NCBI GenBank assembly: GCA_965250045.1 | Contig: CBDFNG010000001.1 | Span: 6,164-70,163, forward strand | Direction of reading: 5' to 3' | Length of the DNA: 64,000 nt | DNA from: Candidatus Marinacidobacterium sp. | GTDB taxonomy: Bacteria > Acidobacteriota > Vicinamibacteria > Marinacidobacterales > Marinacidobacteraceae | Position numbers and translations under genes: made by a program | Notes under the pieces: generated by a model | The model's input: the letters and a program-made list of their open reading frames with translations, nothing else | Database searches by the model: none | Told to the model about the DNA's origin: nothing | In this document: one piece after another, positions 19,184 to 30,926 of the stretch | Layout: every line of letters starts with the position of its first letter | Position numbering within the stretch: the first letter of the stretch is position 1

Positions 19184-22100
19184 CTAACCCACCCACCTCC
19201 GGGCATTTCTGAACATGCGCAGCCACGGGCCATTCTCGCCCCAGGACGGGGGATGCCAGGAATGCTGCACGGCCCGGATGGCGCGTTCCGGGTGCGGCAT
19301 CATGATCGTCACCCGTCCGTCGGGGGTCGTGACGCCGGCCACGCCGGCCTCGGAGCCGTTCGGATTGGCGGGATAGCGCTCGGCCGGGCTACCGTCGGAC
19401 GCGGCGTAGCGCAGGCAGACGAGCCGATCGCCGGTCGCGCGCTCGAGCGCATCCCCGTCGAAGACCGCGCGCCCCTCTCCGTGCGCCACCACGGTGGGGA
19501 GCTCCGAACCTTCCATCCCATCGAGGAAGAGTGACGAGGAGTCGGCGATCCGGGTCATCAGGAGGCGTGCCTCGAACTGCTCGGAGCGGTTGCGCACGAA
19601 GCGGGGCCAGGCGCCCGCGCCGGGGATGAGGTCGCGCAGGCGCTCGAGCATCTGGCATCCGTTGCACACGCCAAGCGTGAACGTTTCGTCTCGTCCGAAG
19701 AATGCCTCGAGCTCGTCGCGGCAGCGGGGGTTGAACCGAATCGAGTGCGCCCATCCTCCGCCGGCCCCGAGCACGTCGCCGAACGAGAAGCCGCCGCACG
19801 CGGCGAGGCCGGTGAACCCGGCGAGCGACACGCGGCCGCTCGCGAGATCGCTCATGTGCACGTCGAAGGCGTCGAAGCCGCCCGCGTCGAACGAGGCGGC
19901 CATCTCGACGTGCCCGTTCACCCCCTGCTCGCGGAGCACCGCGACCCGGGGGCGTGCGCTCGCGACGAGCGGGGCGTCGATGTCGGTGTCGGTGTCGGCG
20001 CCGAGGTTGGCGTTGGCGTTGAAGTCCGCATTGGCGTCGGCGCCAATGTCGGTGTCGGCGTCGAGGTCGGCACCGCCGTGGGGGTCGGCGCCAGCATCGA
20101 GGTCGAACGTCGTTTCGCACCACAGCCCGCGCTCGCTCTCGTCGGCGATGCGCGCGTGCTCCTGGTCCGCGCATCGTGGGTCGTCGCGCAGGCGCTGCAT
20201 GGCATAGGACGTCTCCGACCATATCCGGTGCAGCCCGGTGCGGGATGCCTCGTACAAGATGCGGCCCCCCGCTCTGAACCGCACATGATCACCGGGCTCG
20301 ACTCGCCCGATTCGATGGACGCAGTGCACAAGCGCCGGCTCGGCGTCGAAGACCGCGCGCACCGCGGCGTGATCGGCGTCGCGGACTTGCAGCACCGCGC
20401 CAGGCTCCTCGCAGAAGAGCGCCGCGAGCGGGTCGGGGCCGAGCGGGTCGATGTCGATGTCGAGTCCCGCGCGGCCCGCGAACGCCATCTCGAGCACGCA
20501 CGCGGCGAGGCCGCCGTCGGAGCGGTCGTGGTACGCCGCCGCCCACCCTTCGCGCCGCAGGCGCGACAGCGCTCGGAACAGCGCGGGAAGCGCTTGGGGC
20601 CGGTCGAGATCGGGCGGGGCGGCGCCGAGGCGTTCGTGGGAGAGGGCGAGGGCGGAGCCGCCGAGGCGGTTCGCGCCGTATCCGAGGTCGACCAGCAGCA
20701 GCGACGACTTGCCGATGTCGGTGCGCAGCATCGGCACGAGGCTCAGGCGCGCGTCCTCGACCGGTGCGAATGCGGTGACGATGAGCGACAGCGGCGAGAC
20801 CACCGCGCGGGTACCCGAGTCGTCGCGCCAAGTGGTGCTCATGGACAGCGAGTCCTTCCCGACCGGTATCGAGATGCCGAGAGCGGGGCAGAGCTCCATC
20901 GCCACTGCTTCTACCGCGTCGAAGAGGTTCGCATCCTCGCCCGGCTCTCCGCAGGCGGCCATCCAATTCGCCGACAGCACTACCCGGTCGATGCTTGCCA
21001 CGTCCGCGGCGGCAATGTTCGTCAGCGCTTCCGCCACCGCCATCCGGGCCGCGGCCCGTGCGTCGAGCAGCGCGAGCGGGGTGCGCTCGCCCATCGCCAT
21101 CGCCTCCCCGGTGCAGGCGTGAAAGCCGCTCAACGTGACCGCGCAGTCGGCCACCGGCACCTGCCAGGGGCCCACCATCTGATCGCGGGCGACGAGTCCG
21201 CCGACGGTGCGATCGCCGATGGTGACGAGGAACGACTTGTCCGCCACCGCCGGCACGCGCAGCACCCGCTCCAGAGCCGCGCCGATCTCGATCCCCCGCG
21301 TATCGAGCTCTCCGCGCACGGGCGGCGCCCGAAAGGCGTCGCGGTGCATGCGTGGGAGGTCGCCGAGCAGGACGGACATCGGCATCGAGACCGGGGTGGA
21401 ATCGAGCTCGGCGTCGTGCACCTCGAGGAGTCGGCTCCGCGTCGCCTCCCCGACCTCCGCCCACCGGCAGCGCTCGCGCTCGCACAATGCGGCGAAGTCG
21501 GCGATCCGGCCGGGGGCGATTGCGAGGACGTAGCGCTCCTGGGATTCGTTGCACCAGATCTCGAGCGGCGACATCGTGGGGTCGTCGCAGGGAATGGCGC
21601 GCAGCTCGATCCGTCCGCCCAGCCCGGCGCCGTCGACGAGCTCGGGCAGCGCGTTGGACAGCCCTCCGGCGCCGACGTCGTGGATGGAGAGGATCGGATT
21701 GTTCGCGCCGAGCTGCCAGCAGCGGTCGATGACCTCCTGACAGCGGCGCTGCATCTCGGGGTTCTCGCGCTGCACGGACGCGAAGTCGAGCGCCTCCTCG
21801 CCGGCCCCCGACGCAGTCGAGGACGCGGCTCCACCGCCGAGGCCGATGAGCATCGCCGGTCCGCCGAGCACGACGAGGCGGGCGCCCGGAGCAATGCCGA
21901 ACTTGTGGACCTGATCCGCGCGAATGTTGCCGACCCCGCCCGCGATCATGATGGGCTTGTGGTAGCCGTATACGCGCGCGCCGCCGCTCTCCCGGGCATC
22001 GTCGTCCTTCCCGATGCCGGCCTCACTTCCGGCCCCGCCGCTCTCCGTGACGGTGTCGTTCCCCCCGCTGCCGCCACTCCATGCGGCGGCGCTGTTGTCC

Positions 22101-23442
22101 GCCTCGCTGCCGCGTGTATTGAAGCCGAGCTCACGCGCCGCGCCGATCCTTGCGGTGCCGATCTCGAGGGTGCGGAAATATCCCCCGAGGGCCGGGCGTC
22201 CGAACTCGTTGTTGAACGCGGCGGCGCCGATCGGGCCTTCGAGCATGATCTCGAGCGCGGAGGCGATGCGCGACGGCCTGCCGTAGTCACGCTCCCACGG
22301 CTGGACGAAGCCCGGGATACGCAGGTTCGAGACCGAGAACCCGGTAACGCCTGCCTTGCTGCGGGCGCCGCGGCCCGTCGCCGCCTCGTCGCGGATCTCG
22401 CCGCCGGAGCCGGTGGCGGCGCCCGGGAACGGGGAGATCGCGGTGGGGTGGTTGTGCGTCTCCACCTTCATCAAGATTTCGACTCGCCCCGCCTCGGCCG
22501 AGTACCGCCGCGTGCGCGGGTCCGGGACGAACCAGCTCGCCTCGTGCCCGCGCATGACGGCCGCGTTGTCGCGGTACGCGGACAGCACCTCGCCTGGGTG
22601 GTGCGCCTGCGTGTGGCGGATCATCTCGAACAACGACCGCTCATGCTCGACGCCGTCGATGGTCCACGATGCGTTGAAGATCTTGTGGCGGCAATGCTCG
22701 GAGTTCACCTGCGCGAACATCATCAGCTCGATGTCGGTCGGGTCTCGGCCGAGCTCGCCGAACCGGGTGCGGAGGTAGTCGAGCTCCCGGAACTCAACGC
22801 GAGGCCGAGGGATGCATTCGCGTCCTCCAGGGCTCCGCGCGCGTCTGCGCCGAGCGCGATCGTCGAGTGGGAGGGGGGCATTCCGTCGAGGAAGATCGCC
22901 TCCATGCCGGCGCCCGAGCCGGATGCGTCCGGGAGAAATGCGCCCGGAAGATATGCGCACTGCGTCATGCGGTCGTGGAGCAGGCCCGATTCGGCGAGCG
23001 TTCTCGAGGTCCCGCACGGGTCTTCGCCGGTGTGCTCGATCGACCACGCGACGCCGCGCTCGATACGCGCCACGCCTTCGAGGCCGCAGTGTCGGGCGAT
23101 GTCGGTGGCCTTGCTCGACCACGGCGAGATCGTTCCCGGACGAGGCGCCACGACGATCGCACCGTCGAGCACCGCATGCACTCGATCGCGCCCGGCGTAC
23201 GAGGCATCGAGGAGCTGTTCGAGCCGTTCGACGATCCAGGCCGCGGTGTCCCCGGTGCGAACGAAGTAGAGCCAGCGCGCGTCGAGATCGGTGACCGAAG
23301 GCTCGTTCGCGCACGCGCTCTCCACGAGGCGTTCGCGGCGGAAAGCTGGCAAGGCACGCCTTCCCTGCAACAGCAGGATGGCGGTGACGGGAGGGGCCGG
23401 AGCGTCCATCTGGCGCGCGCGATGATACTCGAATTGCGCCAT
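19184..23442 (-). CDS. purL: Phosphoribosylformylglycinamidine synthase, large single-chain PurL; reading frame broken by an apparent 1-nt indel near 22786-22790 (pseudogene or assembly error)
   Basis: The N-terminal domain (MAQFEYH...[13 protein letters not shown]) is in one frame. The remainder ([39 protein letters not shown] ... glutaminase domain GVCNGCQ) is in another. Adding one C/G restores LALSSRELDYL, colinear with E. coli LALAEDEIDYL. Confidence 0.9.
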
Positions 23443-23526
23443 ACCGGCGGCGTGGCGGTCGAGCCCGGCCGCTGAGAGGCCGGATTCGGCGTGGTAGCAT
23501 CCGGGCAGCGACAGGGAGATCGAGCG

Positions 23527-24645
23527 ATGACCGACGACAAGATCGTGCAGGACGCAGCGCGGGATCCCGAAGACGAAACCACGGGACCGGTGCGCAGCCG
23601 CGTTCGGGCCGCTGCGAAGAAGGCCACGCAGAAGGTCGCAAAGAAAGCAGGACAGAAGAAGACGATCAGGAAGACGACGACAGCCGCCGGGAAAACGGCG
23701 AAGAAAGTCGCGAAGACGGCGACGAAGACCGAGAAGGTTACGCCCGCCAAGGCCGCTGCGCCCACGCCCAAGACCACCCCCGCCAAGGCCGCTGCTGCCA
23801 AGTCCAAGGCGGTCTCCGCCAGGGCCGATGCGGCCGCGCCGAAAGCTACTGCCGCCAAGACCGCGGCGGCCGCACCCAAAATCGTCTCCGCTTCGGGGGC
23901 TGCCGCACCCGGCGTCACGGCCGCTTCGGAGAGTGTCGTGAGTACATCCGACGCACCCGCGGCTTCGCCCCATGAGGCCGGACCATCGATTGAAGCGCCG
24001 CGGCCTCCTGCGCCGATACATCCCGGTGCTTCCATGGACGCCATGCATGAGCATGTCGGTGGTCTCGGGGGCTTGCTGGCGTTGTGGGGGCCATTGATTA
24101 TCGTCGGGTTCCTCGTGCTTGTGTTCCGCGGGGGAGAGGAGCGCGGGAACACGGTAGCGGCCGGCTCCGATGCCCTGACTCAAGCGGCAGCGGGCACACC
24201 GGCCGAAACGGTGCGCGCGCCGCAAGGCGGCGGCGCGATTGAGCCGGCCTTCGGATCTCGGTCCTCGGAACGCGCATCCGGCCCCCCCGGCGTTGCGCGC
24301 GAGGTCGCGGGGACATTCGACGGCGCCGGCAACGCCGGCGGATTCACCATGCGGACCTCCATCGCGGGCACGCCGGCCTTCGCGGGTCGCGGGCCCGATG
24401 CGGCGATGCCGGCAGGTTCACCGGGAAGAAGCTATCCGTCGCCGCCGGGTCCCTATCGCGATCCACGGTACCGTGGGCTGCCGACCGGTGAAAGCTGGCC
24501 GGCTGCCGGCGCCAGCGAATGGAGTCGGCCGGCCGAGGGCCGGGACGGGTCAGGGTACGAGGACGGCGGAGATGCGCCAGTGCAGTGGGTGCGTTGCGCG
24601 CCGCCGTACTACTGGTGCCCGGCTCCGAGCAGTCCCGCCTGGTAG
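23527..24645 (+). CDS. Hypothetical single-pass membrane protein with a Lys/Ala-rich histone-H1-like N-terminal tail and a Pro/Gly-rich C-terminal domain
   Basis: [21 protein letters not shown]...[12 protein letters not shown] repeats encoded with GC-rich third positions. TM helix [29 protein letters not shown] upstream of ATG 23527. No other credible gene fills this 1.2-kb gap. Confidence 0.55.
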   Translation: MTDDKIVQDAARDPEDETTGPVRSRVRAAAKKATQKVAKKAGQKKTIRKTTTAAGKTAKKVAKTATKTEKVTPAKAAAPTPKTTPAKAAAAKSKAVSARADAAAPKATAAKTAAAAPKIVSASGAAAPGVTAASESVVSTSDAPAASPHEAGPSIEAPRPPAPIHPGASMDAMHEHVGGLGGLLALWGPLIIVGFLVLVFRGGEERGNTVAAGSDALTQAAAGTPAETVRAPQGGGAIEPAFGSRSSERASGPPGVAREVAGTFDGAGNAGGFTMRTSIAGTPAFAGRGPDAAMPAGSPGRSYPSPPGPYRDPRYRGLPTGESWPAAGASEWSRPAEGRDGSGYEDGGDAPVQWVRCAPPYYWCPAPSSPAW

Positions 24646-24710
24646 GGACCCACCAGTCGCCGGGCATCCTCGGAACGGCCGCCGGGCGTCGATTGAAGGC
24701 ATCCGGGCTG

Positions 24711-24728
24711 CCGCGCATCGCGGCGCGG
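24711..24728. terminator. Short GC hairpin between convergent genes (hypothetical protein and purB)
   Basis: ccgcgc-atcgcg-gcgcgg, a 6-bp stem. No U-tract. Confidence 0.2.
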
Positions 24729-24740
24729 CGGTGCAACTGC

Positions 24741-26421
<1,681 letters not shown>

Positions 26422-26442
26422 TCATGTGCCTCCTGCGTCAGG

Positions 26443-26471
26443 ATTGTGAAAAATACATCGATGAAATTCAA
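26443..26471 (-). promoter_or_regulatory. Candidate sigma70 promoter for the DUF1244-purB unit inside an AT-rich island
   Basis: On the minus strand: TTGAAT, 17 nt, CACAAT, then AGGAGG SD and ATG. Overlapped by the inverted repeat AATACAT-N12-ATGTATT (26452-26477). Confidence 0.35.
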
Positions 26472-26562
26472 TGTATTAAAAGTTTAACATCATGTAGAAG
26501 ATGATGATCTTCCCAGGTCGGAACAGAATTTCTCAGAGCTCACCTGCTTCATTCAAAGCCAT

Positions 26563-26587
26563 GGGGGCGCCGCGTCGCGATGCCCCC
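26563..26587 (-). terminator. Hairpin immediately downstream of the acnA stop
   Basis: gggggc-N13-gccccc, 26 nt beyond the acnA stop codon. Confidence 0.35.
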
Positions 26588-26612
26588 GGCCCGGGTGCGT
26601 CATCGCGTCGAG

Positions 26613-29282
26613 TCAGGCCGCGAGTTGGCGGACCACGTAGTGCAGGATGCCGCCGTTCTCGTAGTACTCCCATTCCTTCGGCGTGTCGATGCGCACGCGG
26701 ACGTTGAACTGCGTTCGGCTCCCGTCCGGCGACGTCGCCGTCACGGCCACGGCCCTCGCTCCCTTGACCAGTCCTTCGATGTCGAACACGTGCTCCGGTG
26801 TGAGTCCGAGGGACTCGGCGTTCTCGCCGTCCTCGAACACCAGCGGCAGCACGCCCATGCCCACGAGGTTGGAGCGGTGGATCCGCTCGAAGCTCTCCGC
26901 GATGACCGCCGCGACCCCGAGCAGCAGCGTGCCCTTCGCCGCCCAGTCGCGTGACGAGCCGGTGCCGTACTCCGCGCCCCCGATCACGACGAGCGGTACG
27001 CCTTCGTCCTTGTAGCGCATCGCGGCGTCGTAGATGGCCATCCGATCGCCGGAAGGCTGATGGATCGTCCACCCACCCTCGGTGCCCGGCGCGGCCTTGT
27101 TCCGGAGCCGGATGTTGGCGAACGTCCCGCGCATCATGATCTCGTGGTTGCCGCGCCGCGAGCCGTAGGAGTTGAACTCGCGGGGCGGGATTTGGTGGCC
27201 CTGCAGGAAGCGGCCGGCGGGGCTGTCCGCCTTGATCGCGCCGGCCGGCGAGATGTGGTCGGTGGTGATGCTGTCGCCGAGCAGGGCGAGTAAACGCCCG
27301 CCGTGGATGGCGGGGATGCCGCGCGGGGTCATCGACATGCCGTCGAAGTAGGGCGGGTTCTGAACGTAGGTGGACGTGGAGTCCCAGCGGAAGCGATCCG
27401 CCGCCGGGACGTCCATGCCCTGCCACCGTTCGTCGCCCTCGAATACGTTGTCGTAGCTCCCACGGAACATGTCCGAGGAGATCGATGCCGCGATCGTCTC
27501 CTGGATCTCGCGGCTCGACGGCCAGATGTCGCGCAGATACACCGGTGTGCCATCCGCGTCCTCGCCGAGCGGCTCACCGTGGAAATCGACGTCGCTGTGC
27601 CCTGCGATGGCATAGGCGACCACGAGCGGGGGCGAGGCGAGGAAGTTCATCTTGACCTCGGCGTGAACCCGCCCCTCGAAGTTCCGGTTGCCGGACAGGG
27701 CGGCGCTGACGATGAGGTCGCCGTCGCGGATCGCGGCGCTGACCTCCTCGGGCAGGGGGCCGGAGTTGCCGATGCAGGTCGTGCACCCGAAGCCGACGAT
27801 GTGGAAGCCGAGACCTTCGAGCTCGTCGAGCAGCCCCGCCTTCCCGAGGTAGTCCTTGACCACCTTCGAGCCGGGGGCGAGGCTCGTCTTCACCCACGGC
27901 TTGACGGCCAGACCGCGGGCGCGGGCGTTGCGCGCGAGCAGGCCGGCCCCGACCATCACCGCCGGGTTCGAGGTGTTGGTGCACGAGGTGATCGCGGCGA
28001 TCACGATGGCACCGTCACGCAACTCGTAGCTCGCGCCGTCTTTCTCCACCGTGACGCTTCCGCCGGCGCCGCCCCCTCGCTCGCTCTGCATCGCCTCGAT
28101 ATGGCCTGTGACGACGGTCTTCGCATCGCGGAGCGTGATCCGGTCCTGGGGACGCTTCGGTCCGGAGATGCAAGGGTCGACCGTGCCCATGTCGAGCGCG
28201 AGGGTGTCGGAGTACTCCGCTCCGCGGGCACCGGGCTCACGGAACAAGCCCTGCACGCGCGCGTACGCGTCGACCAGCGCGATCTGGGAATCGGCGCGGC
28301 CCGAGAGGCGCAGGTACGCGAGACTCTCCGTGTCGATGGGGAAGATGCCGCAGGTCGCACCGTACTCCGGCGCCATGTTCGCAATCGTGGTGCGGTCGGC
28401 GAGCGGCAGATGGTCGAGGCCGTTGCCGAAGAACTCGACGAACTTGCCGACGACGCCCTTCGCGCGAAGCATCTCGACCACGGTGAGCACCAGATCGGTC
28501 GCGGTAGCGCCCTCGGGGAGCCTTCCCGTGAGCTCGAACCCTACGACTTGGGGGATGAGCATCGAGATCGGCTGGCCGAGCATTGCAGCCTCCGCCTCGA
28601 TCCCGCCGACCCCCCAACCGAGCACCCCGAGCCCATTGACCATGGTGGTATGCGAGTCGGTGCCGACCACCGTGTCCGGGTACGCGCGGGTCGCGCCGGC
28701 GTGCTCGCGCGTGAAGACGACGCGCGCGAGATACTCCAGGTTGATCTGATGGACGATGCCGGCGCCAGGGGGCACGACCTTGAAGTCCCGGAACGCCTTC
28801 TGCCCCCAGCGCAGAAACGCGTACCGCTCCCGGTTGCGCTCGAACTCGATCTCGGCGTTGCGCAAGAGCGCGTCATGGGTTCCGAACCGATCGACCTGCA
28901 ACGAGTGGTCGATCACGAGCTCCACCGGCGAGAGCGGGTTGATCTTCGCCGGGTCGCCTCCAAGCGCGCGCATCGCGTCGCGCATCGCGGCGAGATCGAC
29001 CACCGCCGGCACCCCCGTGAAGTCCTGGAGCAGCACCCTGGAGGGAGTGAACGCGATCTCGACCGAGGGCTCGGCCCCCGCGTCCCACCCCGCCAGCGCC
29101 TCGATGTCGCTCGCGGTGACATTGACCCCGTCTTCGTGGCGGAGCAGGTTCTCGAGGAGGATCTTCAGAGAGAACGGCAGGCGGCTCAGATCGAACCGGT
29201 CCGCGAGGAGGTCGAGCCTGAAGATCTCGTACTCCGCGCCGCCGACTTCGAGGGTCGAACGTGTGTTGAATGAATCGGCCAT
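26613..29282 (-). CDS. acnA: Aconitate hydratase A
   Basis: About 890 aa. N-terminus [37 protein letters not shown], Fe-S ligand region TSCTNTSNP and CTTCIGNSG. Confidence 0.95.
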   Translation of the reverse strand: MADSFNTRSTLEVGGAEYEIFRLDLLADRFDLSRLPFSLKILLENLLRHEDGVNVTASDIEALAGWDAGAEPSVEIAFTPSRVLLQDFTGVPAVVDLAAMRDAMRALGGDPAKINPLSPVELVIDHSLQVDRFGTHDALLRNAEIEFERNRERYAFLRWGQKAFRDFKVVPPGAGIVHQINLEYLARVVFTREHAGATRAYPDTVVGTDSHTTMVNGLGVLGWGVGGIEAEAAMLGQPISMLIPQVVGFELTGRLPEGATATDLVLTVVEMLRAKGVVGKFVEFFGNGLDHLPLADRTTIANMAPEYGATCGIFPIDTESLAYLRLSGRADSQIALVDAYARVQGLFREPGARGAEYSDTLALDMGTVDPCISGPKRPQDRITLRDAKTVVTGHIEAMQSERGGGAGGSVTVEKDGASYELRDGAIVIAAITSCTNTSNPAVMVGAGLLARNARARGLAVKPWVKTSLAPGSKVVKDYLGKAGLLDELEGLGFHIVGFGCTTCIGNSGPLPEEVSAAIRDGDLIVSAALSGNRNFEGRVHAEVKMNFLASPPLVVAYAIAGHSDVDFHGEPLGEDADGTPVYLRDIWPSSREIQETIAASISSDMFRGSYDNVFEGDERWQGMDVPAADRFRWDSTSTYVQNPPYFDGMSMTPRGIPAIHGGRLLALLGDSITTDHISPAGAIKADSPAGRFLQGHQIPPREFNSYGSRRGNHEIMMRGTFANIRLRNKAAPGTEGGWTIHQPSGDRMAIYDAAMRYKDEGVPLVVIGGAEYGTGSSRDWAAKGTLLLGVAAVIAESFERIHRSNLVGMGVLPLVFEDGENAESLGLTPEHVFDIEGLVKGARAVAVTATSPDGSRTQFNVRVRIDTPKEWEYYENGGILHYVVRQLAA

Positions 29283-29640
29283 GCCCAGGCTCCTCCACGC
29301 AGTAGCGGTCTGATGCTGTGATGCAACATTATCTTCGAATGCTACATGCGATGGTAGGCGCGGCCGCCGGTATTCGCGGCCACTCCACGTCGGACGGCAG
29401 GATACGTACGACGCGGCCAGTCGACGGCAAAGCGCGCGGGCGCCAGCCACCCACAAATGGTTCCGAAAGGTCAGGCCGCAATTTCGCGCGGATGTGATCC
29501 GTTGGAACCGCTCGACGTACAATCGCAGGCTGCCGGCTCGCCGAGACGAGGCTGTGCCGCTCGATGGCACAGCCCATGGTCGGTGCGAGGGTCAAGGTTC
29601 GACGGCAAGCACACTTCACAATCAGGAGAGGCAGGTGAAC

Positions 29641-30822
29641 ATGAGAATCAACAAGTTGGCGGCGGCGACGATCGCTTTCGGGGTCTTGACGATGGCCGGT
29701 CCGGCCGGCGCGGGCGAAACCACCGGTTTGACGGACACGACCATCAAGGTTGGCGTCATGGGGCCGTTCACGGGCAATGCGTCGAGCTACAGCAAGACGC
29801 AGATCGGGCTGATGGCCTATTTCCAGCACATCAACGATCAAGGCGGAATCCATGGACGCAAGTTCGAGATGATTCCGGAAGACACTGCCTGCGCTCCGGC
29901 CAAGGGCATTGCCGCCGCCAAGAAGCTGGTCCATCAGGACGAGGTTTTCTATCTGCACGGCAACTCTTGCAGCGCCGTCGCCATGGCCGTCAAGCCGACC
30001 GTGGAGCCCACGGGAACCCCGTGGATCATCGCGCACGCGGTCAACCCCAAGATCTCGATGCCGGTGACCGAGAACCGGAACATCTTCCACGGCGTCCCCG
30101 CCGGCCCGGCCTACGGCTCCACGATGGGCGAGTTCGTCATGAGCAGGCCCGGCACCCAGCGCGTCGCGATGGTCGCCCATACCAACGACTGGGCGAAGTC
30201 GTACTGCGACCCCGCTGTCCAGGTCATCAAGGACGCCGGCGGCGAGATCATCGAGGAGCTCGCCCTCGAGCGCGGGCAGACCGATGCCACGGCCCAGGTG
30301 CTGAAGCTGAAGCAGGCGAATCCCGACTTCATCCTGGGCTGCCTGTACGAAGCGGAGACGGTGATCTTCCTGCGCGATGCCAAGAAGTACGGCGTCAGGG
30401 TTCCGGTCATGGGAACCGCGGGGACGGACCTGGAGAACACCCTGGAGCGGCTGGGGGATCCGGACGCGGTCAAGGACTACTACGTGCTGCACGCGTTCGT
30501 CGACAAGGTCGACGGGCCGAAGATGCAGCAGTGGAACGACATCATTCTGAAGTACAACCCCGACGAGACGATCACGGGGTTCAGCGCGGTCTCGATGGCC
30601 AGTGGCGTCGCCGCCGTAAAGGCGCTCGAAGCGGTGGGCCGCGACCTGACGCGTTCGAAGTTCATCGCCGAGCTCGAGAAGATCAGCGGTCTGGAGACGG
30701 GCATCCTGGCGTGCGACATCACCTGGACGCCGACCGATCGCCACGGCTGCAAGAAGTCCGCGGTGGCCGGTTTCGTCGATGGAACGCCGACGGTGCTGTC
30801 GTCCTGGGGCAAGCCCTGGTGA
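29641..30822 (+). CDS. ABC transporter periplasmic substrate-binding protein (LivK/branched-chain-amino-acid family fold)
   Basis: Signal peptide MRINKLAAATIAFGVLTMAGPAGA, then IKVGVMGPFTGNAS typical of the type I Leu/Ile/Val-binding fold. Followed by livHMGF-like genes. Confidence 0.85.
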   Translation: MRINKLAAATIAFGVLTMAGPAGAGETTGLTDTTIKVGVMGPFTGNASSYSKTQIGLMAYFQHINDQGGIHGRKFEMIPEDTACAPAKGIAAAKKLVHQDEVFYLHGNSCSAVAMAVKPTVEPTGTPWIIAHAVNPKISMPVTENRNIFHGVPAGPAYGSTMGEFVMSRPGTQRVAMVAHTNDWAKSYCDPAVQVIKDAGGEIIEELALERGQTDATAQVLKLKQANPDFILGCLYEAETVIFLRDAKKYGVRVPVMGTAGTDLENTLERLGDPDAVKDYYVLHAFVDKVDGPKMQQWNDIILKYNPDETITGFSAVSMASGVAAVKALEAVGRDLTRSKFIAELEKISGLETGILACDITWTPTDRHGCKKSAVAGFVDGTPTVLSSWGKPW

Positions 30823-30843
30823 GCTGACGGGTTCTGAAGCCAC

Positions 30844-30895
30844 ACGGGCCGTTCCACTCCCCGGCAGCACTGCCTCGGGACATGGAACGGCCCGT
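30844..30895 (+). repeat. Perfect 13-bp inverted repeat (extended hairpin) between the binding-protein and permease genes
   Basis: acgggccgttcca ... tggaacggcccgt with a 26-nt spacer that itself contains ggcag-ca-ctgcc. Confidence 0.6.
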
Positions 30896-30926
30896 ACTAC
30901 ATGCGTTTCGGATGGTTCGCTAGCGG

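Noticed and set aside
19975-20105. Repeated gtcggcgcc-containing units considered as a possible CRISPR or minisatellite locus.
   Set aside because: The units are degenerate, irregularly spaced (42-48 nt) and in-frame inside purL. There is no repeat-spacer architecture and no cas genes.
22723-23442. Idea that the purL break is a natural split into a PurS-like protein plus a shorter PurL.
   Set aside because: I found no ATG/GTG/TTG with an SD in the downstream frame near the junction, and a single-base correction restores perfect colinearity. An assembly error or a simple frameshift is more parsimonious.
29290-29330. TGTGA-containing stretch upstream of acnA as a CRP site.
   Set aside because: Only one half-site (TGTGA) is present. 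The second half (ATTAT) does not match TCACA.
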